Assembly: GCA_046563655.1 (NCBI GenBank)
Contig: CM102286.1
Location: 14,570,001 to 14,634,000, forward strand
Direction of reading: 5' to 3'
Length of the DNA stretch: 64,000 bases
Source of the DNA: Yuukianura sp. NJ FZ-2021
Taxonomy: Eukaryota
Shown here piece by piece: positions 1 to 12,383 of this stretch (positions are counted from its first letter, which is position 1; each line of letters starts with the position of its first letter). The notes below the pieces were generated by a model. It searched no databases. It saw only the letters and a program-made list of their open reading frames with translations, and was not told where the DNA came from. A program made the translations under genes and the position numbers.

Positions 1-1993
1 TCAAAATTTTGAAATTTCAGATGTGGTACATTCCTGTTTGCTCCTCTGTCTGCTTTCCTAATCAAAGAATTCGGCTGGAACAATGCTCTGCTAATCCAGG
101 CTGGTCTATTGTTCTCTTGTCTCATCTTTGGTTCACTCTATCGTCCACTTCGTCCCGTACGAAATCCAAAAGCAGGTAAACATTTTCCCGTCAAAATTTT
201 TTCAAAATTTTGAAATTGCGAAAATTAATTTTCGAAATTCAAACCAAGACTATGACGATGAGGCTTCTGCCAGTGGAACTCCTTTGCTCATGCGCATTAA
301 GCGTGCCAGGGACAATGACATGGAAAAATGGGAGTCTGTTAACAGCGTTAACGAAACCGGAAATGCCAAAGACGGAAACAAGTCTATTCGCAAAAACGCT
401 TCTGCACCGTTGCTCAAAGACAAAATTCGACGCACCTCGGGCGCGTCAAATTCTAACGCGCCCATTGGCTCTTTGGATGTGCAAAGGAAAATTTCGATGC
501 CCAGCAGGCCATCGGCGGGAATGAATTTGAATTTGGCGGGAATTGAAGAAGAGCATGAACATGATCATGAATGGAAGGGGAGACGAAAATGAAAAAACGA
601 TGGACGATCCAGAGAAAATGAGGAGGAGACTTAGTTCAGGTATGGCAAATTTGAAAAAAGTTAAAAATTTTGAAAGAATTCAAAATTTTGAGAAGAATTT
701 TGTTGAAAAGAGGGAAGACGGAGAAGAATTTCGACTGCCATTTCGGTTACTGACTGGGATGAATCTACCGGTGGATTTCGGAAACGCAAACAAAGTGTGA
801 CCTTGATGCTTTCCAATTCTGCACTGCTCAATACAGCTGAAATGTCGCAGTCACGCATTTTGCGACTCCGCGACAAATCGGTACTTAACAAACCGATGTA
901 TCGAGACGACATTTTTCTGGCTGGAAGTTTGCAAGCTATTCCGGAAAAATCCATGTCCAAAACCGACATCAATGTAATTTCTTTCCAAAATTCAAAAAAC
1001 TCTATTTTTGGTTTCTTAGAAAATTTTTAGTTTTGTTTGAACTTTCAAAAAAATTTTTAGGCTAGCACAACGTTAGCTGCACTGGATTTAGAACATGCCA
1101 CGGACACTTCAAATTCAAAAAAATGGAAACTAAAATTCGACGTGATCACAAAAATGCTGGATTTTTCTTTACTAAAATCTCCGACATTTTTGCTTCTGTC
1201 TTTGTCTGGGTTTATAACATTGCTTGGATACTCCATTCCATTTATTTACTTGAAAGGTAAAATCCAAAATTTCGAAATTTCGAAAAGTAAAAATTTCAAA
1301 AATTTTGAATTTAGGATGTGCTGTTAGCAATGGAGTGGATCCAGGTCAAGCCACTCTGTTGATTTCGATTATCGGAGTGACGAATACAATTGGTCGAATA
1401 ATTTCCGGTGGAATTGCAGACAGTCCGCGCGTCAATTCTTTATTTGTTAACAACGCGGCGCTGACTGTCAGCGGTATTGCCACCGCCGCGGTGCCGCTGA
1501 TTGGCCAGCTTGGATTTCCTGCATACATCACCTACTCTTGTGTTTTTGGATTTGCAATGGGTATGACCTTTGACCTTTGACCTTTGGATGACCTTTGTTA
1601 TGTAATCTGATTGTAATTTTTAGCATGTTTTGCCTCTTTGCGTTCCATTTTGCTGGTGGAGTTGCTGGGACTGAATAAGCTGACAAACGCTTTCGGACTT
1701 CTGTTACTCTTCCAAGGTCTTGCAGCAATGTGCGGATCACCACTGGCAGGTATACATGCAAATTATGTGCAAAAATAGTAGCAAATTAAAGTTTTTGCAA
1801 AGAACTTGCAAAAACTGTTTTTTACTTATGTTTTTAATTCCTAGGTGCGTTGTTTGACATGACTGGAACTTTTGACATGTCGTTCTACGTGGCTGGAGGA
1901 CTCATGTTACTTTCTGGAGTCATGTGCTATCCTCTGAATGCAATTAACAACTGGGAGTCAAAGAAAAACGAAACAAAAACAGAAGAAAAATGA
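1..1993 (+). CDS. Monocarboxylate transporter (SLC16/MCT, MFS), 5'-partial, multi-exon
   Basis: Spliced translation gives GTFLFAPL...EFGWNNALLIQAG...GSLYRPL, the loop motif PMYRDDIF, and DFSLLKSPTF, IGVTNTIGRIISG, LNKLTNAFG, GSPLAGALFDMTGTF. Stop TGA at 1991-1993. There is a frame discontinuity near 525-590 (see findings). Confidence 0.85.
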
Positions 1994-2217
1994 GTTTCTT
2001 GCAATATTGCAAATCCAATTTGCAAAATTTCTACTCCTGCTGCTGTAGTACAAGTTGAGATGGAAATAAGTTTGGATTCAGTATTTCACTTTTTGTTTAA
2101 AAGTTACTAGTTTTTAGAACTGTGAATAAAATGTAGAGTTTTAGAGTTTACAAAAGTATTAAAAACCATTTTCCGAAATATTCTGACTTTGTCGAAAACG
2201 AGAAAATTTTGGTTTCT

Positions 2218-2231
2218 GTTCCCATGGAAAC
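2218..2231. promoter_or_regulatory. RFX X-box upstream of the PPP phosphatase
   Basis: GTTCCCATGGAAAC matches the palindromic X-box consensus GTYNCCATGGNAAC and lies 5 nt before the ATG at 2236. Confidence 0.6.
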
Positions 2232-2235
2232 GAAG

Positions 2236-5200
2236 ATGGACACTATTAAAAGGTAAACAAACAAATGATTACTTTGGGTGTGGTTTGGTTTGATGTTACC
2301 TAAAATGTTTTAAAAAAAAGTTGGATTTTTACAAAATTTGAAATTTCGGAATTCTAAATTTTAGTGGACGTGAGTATGGTAACCCCCTTCCATCTCTGAG
2401 ACGCAGTCGCAGCATGACTTCTAGAAATTCCGTCCATGAGGAGCCGTATGTGAATTTGCCACCGGTAGCAGATCGGAACGTGCCGGGCAGTACTAGCGGA
2501 ACTACGGTACCGCTGATCAACTGCGACCACGTGTCACTGCTCGTCTGCTCTCCGCAGGGAACTGGCTATGAGTAAGTTTGGCATTTGACATCTGAGCATA
2601 CGTGTTAATATTATTGTTACATCTACCCATTATAATACTAATGAAAAGTTACAGGTGCGATGTAATTCCGGAATTCCATGTTTCACGAATTGATTTTCTT
2701 ACTGTCAAAAATGATAACCATGTTACAGTTTTGGGTTAAAACTCTCTAAAATTCATTTTCATAATTTATGACAAATTTAAAAAATTCCAAAATATTGTTT
2801 TTTCAAAACACCAAAACGTATTTTAACTTTGTAGCTTTTTACTTTTGGAAAAAGTCACGATTAGGCTAAAAAATTGTAATGCATACTGATTGCCTGAGGC
2901 GGAGCCCCAGCAAGCATGCTTCCCATTATTTATTATTATTATTGTTAGTATTAATTATTATTATTATTAGTTATTATTATGTTAATATTAAAAACTATTA
3001 TTTTGAATCAGGTACTTCCTTGGAGTGGCAGGGCCGTACTCCAGCTACGGCCTGGTCGGCACACGCGCCGTCAATCCTGGCGAAACGTGGAAAACTACGG
3101 CTGATGCCATTCTTCAAAATTCAAAATTGACACTCAAGCTTGGCGGCATTATTCGAATCGACCGGTAACTTTTTATTTCAAATTGAAATATTTGTTCAAA
3201 ATAGTTTTAAAAATTCAAAAAAATGAATTTCTAGGTGGTTTGTTCCAGAAGTGGATCGAATGTCGAGTCACGTGGTTTATTTGACACTGGTCAAACCGGA
3301 ACTCAGAAAATCCGTGTCAGCCGTAAGTACTACAAATAAAATTTTTAGAAAAGATGGATTTTGGAGCTTTTTTTGAAAAGTGTTTCTATTTTTGTCCAGG
3401 CTTTTGCTGGAGTGTGGTTGAGTGGCAATCAATTGTCAGACTACAACCGAGACCACAAGTTGCTGTGTCCGGATGTGCATGAAATTGTGTCCAGCGCCTG
3501 CGTCAGTTGTGTCACTGGAATTCAAGTGGCAGCGGGAAACGAACTCACGGCTGACCAACTTGTTAAAGTTGATTCCAGTGAAAGCGGAAAGAAAATTGTT
3601 GGATTTGACTCAGTTGTTGCAGCGGCTCATTTTTACCAACGCGGTACGGAAATCAAAATTTAAAAAAAAAATTATGAAGTTTTAAAGTTTTGAGTATTTT
3701 TTAAATTTTAGAACAAGAGACTCTGTACAAGGAGTTTATGTTCTACGCCGTACCGTACTTTACGCTGGGAAGAGAACCGTTCTTTGCTCTGATGAAGCAA
3801 ATTGGCTGTGCAAATTCATTAGTTCCGAATTTGTTTCGGTTCGTTGCAAATTCGAGCACCAACATTTTGATAGTACAAAATTTTAAGATTTTCAAATTTT
3901 CAAAATTTTAGAACGTTCGATATGAACAATCGTGGCGGTCTGACTTTTCGAGAGCTTTTGTATGGTCTGTCTGCTATTGAGCCCACGACGACTCACGGCG
4001 GACCTCCAGCCGAAATCCGATGTCGCTACATCTTCCGGTACACGATTCAAAATTTCTAAAAATTTCAAAATTTCAATTTTTTTTAACATTATACATACAG
4101 GTTCTACGACCGAAACAACGATGGGAAGTTGGATTTTGAAGAATTCAAAGGCGTCGTGGCGGATATTCGTCAAGCTCGTGGGTTACCCTACGATCCAGTG
4201 GGAATCCAGCAAGAAGCACAACAAAGTGCAAGGTCATAAAATTTCAAAATTTCGAAAATTGTTCAAATTTTGAAGTTTTTTGGTTTTGAACTCCCAGGAA
4301 CTTCAATTCGGTGACTCCATCTAGCCTAACGTTAGTTGAATTTCTAACAGCCGTTGGCCAGTTAAAATTTCGCGGCACTTCACATCTCCTGCGCTCTCCA
4401 GCTTCCATTTCTGCTTTTCTCAAAATCAAATCTTCGACGCCGTTGACCTTGAGCTATGAACCCTCCCCACCCCCAACCCCCCGCCCCCTCACTCCCCCCA
4501 CCGTCATTTACAAAAAGTCAAACACCAATACTGTCATGGACATGACCATGACAGACGGTAAGATTTCCGCCAATTCAGTTTTTTAGTCAGCCCATTTCAA
4601 AAAAAAAAATGAAAAAATCTAAAAAATTTTAGGGCTCTCAAATTTGTTCGACACTTACGACATTGCTTCACATTCGGTCAAAGTGCGCAAGTCAGGCACC
4701 ATTCTCAACATCAACTCACTCTGGGACATGGAACGTAAATGAAATCAAAATTTCAAAATAAAATTTCAATTTTACTTTCAAAAAAGTTTTTTTTTATTGA
4801 CTAATTTATGGATTTTGACTGAAATTTTTGCAGACAGCGGCGTTTCCGGTCAAGCTCAACATTCCAAGATCCTGATTGGTCCAGACGTGAATCGTCTTCA
4901 GTCAATTGATCGCTTCAACCAAGAAACTCAGCACAACGAAATGCTCAACGGACTCCGATTTTTCCAACGAGTGATTCCGAGTGACCCGAAAAACAGTTTA
5001 GGACCAAAACCAGCTTATGATTGGGGCGAAGTCGACAGAGAATCGCTGGCCAAATGCATTTTAACACTCTGTGCGCAGGTCAAGGATCTCATGAGTGAAG
5101 AACCGCGACTTCTGGAAGTTCCATCTCCATGCTACATCCTGGGTAACTTAACAACTTAACTAATTAACTTAACTAATTAACTAAAATTAAGTTTTTTTGA

Positions 5201-6185
5201 AGGTGATATCCATGGCAACTTCCCCGATTTGCTTAGTTTTGAAAAAGCGTTGTGGAGACTTGGACCGATGTTGACACCTTCAAATTTTCTGTTCCTCGGA
5301 GACTACGTTGACCGTGGGAACTTCGGAGTCGAAGTTGTGTCGTATCTGTTTGCACAAAAAGTCATTGCTCCTGCCAAATTCTACTTGTTGCGTGGCAACC
5401 ACGAAATACGCGAAGTTCAACAAATGTTTACATTCTTCAAGTACGTTTTTCAAAATTTTGAAGTTTTTTCAACTCCCAATGTCACTTGATTTTATTTTCT
5501 AGAGAATGTATTTCAAAATTCGGAGAAAAGTCGGGACGTGAAATTTGGGAGGCCGTAAACTCTGCTTTCGATTGCATGCCATTGGCTGCCGTAGTTGACC
5601 GCAAAGTTTTTTGTGCTCATGGAGGTAACTTCAAAATTTTGAAAAAAGAAGTTCAAAAAAGTTTAACTTTTTTTTCAAGGTATCCCGCCTCCATGGATTG
5701 GCAATGGACTTATTGATGCCATCAATGGCATTCCCTGTCCACTGCCACAACCGGAGGCTGGCAGTGCGTTGGCATGGGAACTCATGTGGGGCGACCCCCT
5801 GCATTTGGACATGCTCACTCCAGAACAGAAGCAGCAACTCGTCATGCGCGATGGATTTGGACCGAATCTGCGTCGTGGAACTGCGCATGTCTTCAACGAG
5901 GAGGGTCTGGACATGTTTCTGGCCAAAAACGGACTTTCCCATGTCATCAGAGCACATGAAGTACAACAGGCTGGGTTCAAGGTAAATTGACCCTGGAAAG
6001 GTCAAAGGTCAAATTAAAAAAAAATTGAAAATTTTGTAATACTATGACTTTTGGTGAAGGTGCAACTAAAAGGGAGACTGCTGACTGTTTTCTCTTCGTC
6101 CAAGTACTGCGGCGGTTCGAATGAAGCTGCCTGCATCCTCGCAGAAAAATATAAACTGAGAACGATCCGAATCGATACTTCTTAA
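2236..6185 (+). CDS. Atypical Ser/Thr phosphatase: degenerate Nudix-like domain, EF-hands and PPP catalytic domain (multi-exon)
   Basis: PPP motifs GDIHG (about 5200), GDYVDRG, RGNHE, HGG, WGDP and RAHE, with FSSSKYCG in place of SAPNY. EF-hand loops [12 protein letters not shown] and [12 protein letters not shown]. An alternative ATG lies at 2224. Stop TAA at 6183-6185. Confidence 0.85.
2925..3002. repeat. Imperfect (ATT)n microsatellite, intronic
   Basis: ttattattattattgttagtattaattattattattattagttattattat. Confidence 0.8.
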
Positions 6186-6427
6186 ATTAAAGTAAAATTT
6201 TAAAATTTTAATTTGCGAAATTAGTTTAGCATTGCCCTTAGGAATTAATTTTTCCAAAACTCCATTTGAGCCAAACTGGACGGAAATAAAATTGGTAAAA
6301 ACTACATAAAGCAACTGGAGGCAGAATTGCGTTAATTAGTAGAAAAAGTTAGGTTAATTAGTATCACAAGTTAATTAGTTAATTAACAGTTTCACAATTT
6401 AGTTGCAAATTGAGTTTGGATATTGGA

Positions 6428-8689
6428 TTATGCCCTCCAACGAACGACAACTTTGTCACCATCTTCAACAGAGTACTGCGATAGATCGTAGTGGTCATTG
6501 TCCAAGGGAAATGTGATTCCAGCATTCTGAAAAATAGGTCGTTTCAAAATTTTGAAAATAATTTCGAAAAAAAGTTGCTCAAAATACCTGTGAACTTATA
6601 ATGCCAAGATATGCAATTGGACCAGATCGTTTGAAGAGTCGTTGAATAAACATTTTCAACTTCTGGACTGTCATGTTCGGCATGATTTTTTTGGAACAAG
6701 GTTTCAAACTAGAGTTTTCTGGAACAAACTGTAGAGCTATAAAAAAGGAACATCAAAATTCAAAAATTGAAATTCGAAAATCAATTTCACTTTGGAAAAC
6801 TTTCATTTTTTGGAACTCACTAATCAGCGTAGACTGGAAAGTTTTTGGAACGTTCGACAATTCTTTTTCAGGTTCTCCAAATTCTGCAACTCACAAGAAC
6901 AAAAAAGTTCAAAGAAAATGTTTTTCGTTTTTGAAAAAAACATTTTTCGCTTGAAATTTTGAAAACATGTTACTTGTGATGAGTTCAACGTAACGCGGAT
7001 GTTCAGCAGCAAATCGTAACTCTGTTCCTTCAGTTCTCCATTTACTACTAAACTTTTTCATGTAATCAATTTCAGAATCGCGTCTCTCTTGCCGAGTAAC
7101 TTCTATGCCTTCCAATTTCTAAAAAAATTCAACAAATTTTGAACAAAAAATTCGGTGATGAGAATTGTTAAAAGTTACATTTAGTTTTGCCATTCGCGCT
7201 ATGATCATTTGCCGATTGTTTTCCTTTGAGTCGTTTGCAAAAACAGGATTTAGTTCAATCCTTAGTTCAGTTAGAGCTTGAAGTTTGCTTAGTTCTGTGA
7301 TTGATATCCACTGAAATGAAAAAATATATTAGAGATTGTTAAATTGTGATTAAGAGTTTAACTAGAACAAAATTCAATACTTACATCTTCAATTGCGTTT
7401 TGGCTAATGTTGAGTCTCTTCAGATTCAAAAAGAAGCGCGTGACCTGACAATTCTTAGGGTCATCGGGGTTCACGGGAAATCGAACATTTGTGATTTTGT
7501 TACCGCATAGGTTCAAATACTCCAACCTAAAAACAGTCTGATATTTATTGGACAGAAAGTACTGGCAGAAAGTTTACTTGAAGCAGCATGTTTGCCGTTA
7601 CTTACTTGTGACAAACATTCAATTTGATAACTTCTTCCCAGTTACAGATTTGATTGGATTCTAAATCTAAACTTGTGAGATGCAAAAGTGATGCTGTTGG
7701 TACTGCCAGTGTTGAGATAATATTGAACGGAACCTGCAAGTATATTTGAACTTCGAATAAGTAAGTCTTTCCGGAACGATGAACTCGCAACTTACCTGTA
7801 AATTAGTTATGTGTGGCCAAAGTATCGAAGTGGTCAGAACATCAGTCCAAGTGTACTTGACATTTCCAAGCACAACGTGCTCCAAGTGGGGAAATGGAAT
7901 TTGACTCTTCTTCATTTCACAGAATGGACCAATCGGATTCCCACTGTAACAATTGAGAAATGTGTAAAAATTTTAGAAATAATTTTGAAAAAAATTTTGA
8001 AAACGTTTTGTCATTTGTTACCTTACATCGATGCCTTTCAAAAGTTCAAATGACTCACAAACTGCTGAAAGAGTGTCCCAATCTTTGACGTAATTCTCGG
8101 CCAGGTTTAAAAATTCAACTTTCGGACACTTTTTGGACAATTCTCCGGGTTTCCCCAGGTCAAAGATACTTCGACCAGCCAAATCCAGAACCTGCAATTC
8201 ACTAATAAAAACACCAATTACCGAAAAATTTCAATTCATATAAATTAATTGAGCAATTGAGCTTACTTACTCATAATGGACCCGACGAGGAGTAATTGCT
8301 TCATCCAGCAGTTTCAATTTACTCATAACTCTCTCATCATATCCATATCGCTCTTCCAGGGCTCTGAATATCGTTTTCAGCAGTGTAGCCTTATGTGGAC
8401 GGATGAATGAAGCAGCATTTGGTGTCGTACTGCGGAAGTACTCAATGTCGCCAACAGTTCCGCTGTGCTTGCCACGACTTGGATCGTCCCATTCAATACC
8501 CAACCAAATCCCAGCATGCGGCTTAACATCTCCAATGTACTTGACTATTCCAGAATACTTGTCAGACCGAATCCTGTCACCAATTTGGTAGTCGATAGTT
8601 TCTTCACTTTTTATCAAATCCTGTGAAATTGATTCGCAAGTGACCGTTCCATTCTGATCTTCCTCTTCGTCAATAAGAAATTGAAACAT
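6428..8689 (-). CDS. TBCE: Tubulin-specific chaperone E (CAP-Gly, LRR and ubiquitin-like domains)
   Basis: CAP-Gly motif WLGIEWDDPSRGKHSG...ASFIRP, leucine-rich repeat exons, ERRDSEIDYMK...HPRY, and a C-terminal UBL ending DGDKVVVRWRA*. Stop at 6428-6430. Confidence 0.9.
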
Positions 8690-8774
8690 GATCTACAATG
8701 CTAATAGAAAAAACAGTTCTTATGACATGACATGACACATTCATGACAAAGACGCATGTCACGGGGTCAAATGA

Positions 8775-8788
8775 GTCGCCATGACAAC
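8775..8788. promoter_or_regulatory. RFX X-box in the divergent TBCE / B9D2-Tectonic promoter
   Basis: GTCGCCATGACAAC matches the X-box consensus. It lies upstream of two transition-zone genes, and a 5' donor GTAAGC follows near 8919. Confidence 0.7.
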
Positions 8789-9225
8789 CAATTTCAGAAA
8801 CAAAACGAAAGTTAGAATCAATAAAGTCATGCACATTTCTTGTTCTCACCGAATTCGGTTTTTCCGTGGACTTTGTCAGGACTGGCAGCTATACTTCCAG
8901 AACCACCGTCTTAAGTTTGGTAAGCGATTAATCGATTAATTTAAACTTAATCAAAGTGTTGACACAAGTAATTGATGAATACAGCTCGTCTGAATGTGTA
9001 AATGACATCATCAGCTGTTCAAATGTCAACTCTTTCTCTTCCCGCGTGAACAGAGTGAAACGCTACGCTAACTTTTAGAAAACACTACTAAAGTAATATT
9101 TGCATATATTTCTATTTATATTATATATTCATTGTTTATTATATATTATATGCAATTTATTTGGCTTTTTAAGAACTGTTTTACTAATTGATGGAGTTTG
9201 GGAAGAGCGGGAGCTTTGAATTTTC

Positions 9226-9994
9226 ATGGCGGAGTTGCATGTGATTGGACGGATTCAGAGTGGCACTGGTTTCGAACAAGATACTGGCTACTTTTGCAAG
9301 TGGACTATTCAAGCAGGTAATTAATTACCAATTAACTAATTAATTGCAAAGTTAATTAACTTTTTACCTTAATTTGTTGCCATCTTGTATCAGGAAGTGG
9401 TTGGAAGAAAGTGGGCGGAGTTAAACAAGGACAGACTCAAGTAGATACGCCATCTATTGTAGATTCTGAAGTTAGAGCTCATTGGTCACATCCAATTGAC
9501 ATCCATTTTGCTGCAAGTGGACTCCAGGGTAATTAATTGATACAAATCAATTAACTTTTGTGATTTTGATTGACTTTTTAACATTAGGTTGGCCTAAACT
9601 GGTCCTGGAAGTGTGTCGTCAAGACAAGTACGGCAGAAGTGACCTCAGCGGGTACGGAATCTGTCACATTCCAGCGTCTCCGGGTACCCACATCATCCAA
9701 GTTCCTACGTGGCGCCCTGCAGGTATTTTTTGAATTTTGAGAACATTTCATGCAGTTTTTGAAAAACGTTTTTGAATTACTGGGAAATTTTTAGACAGTG
9801 TTTTTCATTTTTCAGGGTCAACTCGAGATCAGCTTGAGCGACATTTCCTGGGTGGCGCAGCAGAGTTAAGTGAAACCGACTTTGTTTCGAATACTTCCGA
9901 ACGATACCGACTGCGAACGACACCGTCCGGTACAGTAACGCTCGAGCTTGGAATCATCCTCAAAAACTTTGCCAAATTCCACATCGACACATAA
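9226..9994 (+). CDS. B9D2: B9 domain-containing protein 2 (MKS transition-zone complex), 4 coding exons
   Basis: Not in the ORF track. Spliced translation: [10 protein letters not shown]...FCKW...GQTQVDTP...[20 protein letters not shown]...[13 protein letters not shown]...TWRP...FLGG...RYRLRT...[14 protein letters not shown] at 9226, TAA at 9992-9994. Confidence 0.92.
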
Positions 9995-10003
9995 AATTCA
10001 AAA

Positions 10004-12383
10004 ATGCCCGGGATTCGGTTCACAGCGATTCAAATTCTTTTCGCCATTTTTGTGTATCAAGTTTGTTCGGAATCTACCGAACCAACCTCAATCAGCTCAA
10101 GTTCAGAACCGCCAATGGTCAACAGTAGTACTACAGAAGCGACAATCGCTGAAACTACGTTGGTCGTAAACACAACTATTAGTGCAATTGAAAACAATTC
10201 TACTGCAAACGAATCAACAACAACTAGTTCTACAACTACTTCACCTACAGTTTCTCCTCCGCCAATCACAGAAGGGACTGGCCCTTCTATATTTTGTCCT
10301 TGTGACCATGCTGTAAGTTTTTTTTTAGATTCTTTTTCAATACCTTGACTTGACCTTTGACCTTTGCAGCTCAATACTTGTGAGGTCAACTGCTGTTGTG
10401 ACCCAGACTGTCCAGATAAGTTGCTGAAAACGTTTTGGCCATGCGCAGATGAAGATGCTTTTCGGAAGTACCACGCAGCTCGAGATTCACGTCGCTGCTA
10501 CCGCAGAGATTTTCTGTACCGAAACAACACGATTTACAAATCTGAAATTTCACAAAACGGACTTTTTTGCATAGTCAACCAAAATTTGAAAAAGGAGCAA
10601 CAATTTCCAACTGCAAAAGTAACAAAAAAATGAACAAAAAAGTGTGAAAAAGAGTTTCATTTTGGAAAAAACGGCCAAAACAAGTTTAAAATTTTGTATA
10701 TTTTTCAGCTCAACCTCGCAAGGATTTCGAAATACACGAAATCAAAATTTTCATGGCGGATGATGGACGCTGATAAAAAATTTCCGCAACAACCAGCAAA
10801 AACACATTACAAATATGGACACCAAATTCAAATTGCAAAACGTGTTCTGAATTCAACCGACTCCGATTCGGAAAATTACGTCCGAATTGGAATGAGTACG
10901 ACCACTTTTTCAAAAACTCAAAAAAAAATTATTTTTTTTTTCAAAAATTCAATTTTTTTTGTGTTACTTTCAGCACTGCCTGCCCCAGCATTTGGTCCGA
11001 AATGTATTGCCAAGTCACCGGTCAACTTTTTGAAAAATGAAGAGTTTTCGTGTCCATTCCAAATTTTAAATCTCACCGATCAATGCCAAACTTCAGAAAT
11101 GCTGGATGCTGCTACCTTCATGTCACGTGACTCTTTCATCATTTCAAATCCAAGTGCGGGATTATCCGAACCAAATTTGGTCAACTTGACCTACAGCTTC
11201 TGTCCTACTAAAAATAGCGGTTGCTACGAAACCAAAATTTTGAGGTCACCATTCTACAATTTCGAAACTTCGTCATGTGACAACGTCCTGACTCAAATGG
11301 ACTTGATTTTCAAACATGCCGGGACAGAAGGACTCAAGCACGTCACGGCAGAAATTCACTATGCAAATTTTACTCTGGCGCGAACAAAAACGATTTTGCA
11401 AAAATTTAGCGTCAGTTTCGCCTGGGACGATCCCACTGAAGATCACATTCATCTCCACCCTCCTCGCTTAATCAGTGGAAACCCGGGCTATATCATTGGA
11501 AAACCAGTCATTGTGGGGTCAAAGGTCAAGGTCAATGACCTTGACCTCGTCCAGAACAAAGGTCAAGTACCAAAAGTTGTGCTGGACAGCATCCAGCACG
11601 GGGAACTCATAATCCGACCACCCACTAAACCTCTGACAGTGCTGAATCCTCCGAAATGCGGCCAAGGGCCCAGGAGACCCTTGACATTCGGATTTGACCT
11701 CAAGGTCACTTGTGCTCTGGACTACGGTGACCTCGGGACATGTCAAAATCTGACTTCTGCTGTCGAAACTACTCTTTTTGGAATGTCCGCTGAAAAATTT
11801 ACGTCGAGGTATTCCTGTTTTGAATTCTTGTGTTTTTAGTTTTTTCGAATTTAGAAATTTTTAGAAATTTTGAAAAAAAAAAGTTTTTTCTGATTTTTTT
11901 TGTTGTGTCAGGTACGTTTCTGCACTGGGCGATCCGCATTTGATGCGCAGTGATGACTGGGTGCACTGGACAACTTCTGAAAATCCATTCAAGTCGCTGA
12001 TTGGTTCTCCGAAGTCGATAGACTCCGGATGTCATGGATTGGTCACTTCGATGCATCTTCACTTCTTGTATGCCCATGTCGGATCAGTACACTTTCCACA
12101 ACTGAAAATACTGGCAGCATTTATTCAATACGGCAGCACAATTTCAATTCCTCCAAGGAATGTTAATTCCAGCGAATCAGCGATTACCATAACGACTACT
12201 GCCGAGTTCACTGACGTAACTCCGCCTCCTGTCACGCCCATTCCGAAGTGGCCAATCATCTCCATCCGTCTTCCGCAGGACTTTTTCTATCCATTTTCTA
12301 TCGCTACTTCTGCAGGGTCAAGGTCAACGTCACTCTATAGTCTTAGTGTCGTCATAATTTTCAAAGTTAAACAACTTTTCTAA
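10004..12383 (+). CDS. TCTN: Tectonic (MKS transition-zone complex)
   Basis: Signal peptide, a Thr-rich linker, CPCD...CEVNCCCDPDC, SGNPGYIIGKP, and C-terminal LPQDFFYPF followed by a hydrophobic tail. Confidence 0.92.

Noticed and set aside
5206..5219. X-box-like ATATCCATGGCAAC
   Set aside because: It encodes the conserved DIHGN phosphatase motif, so protein constraint explains it.
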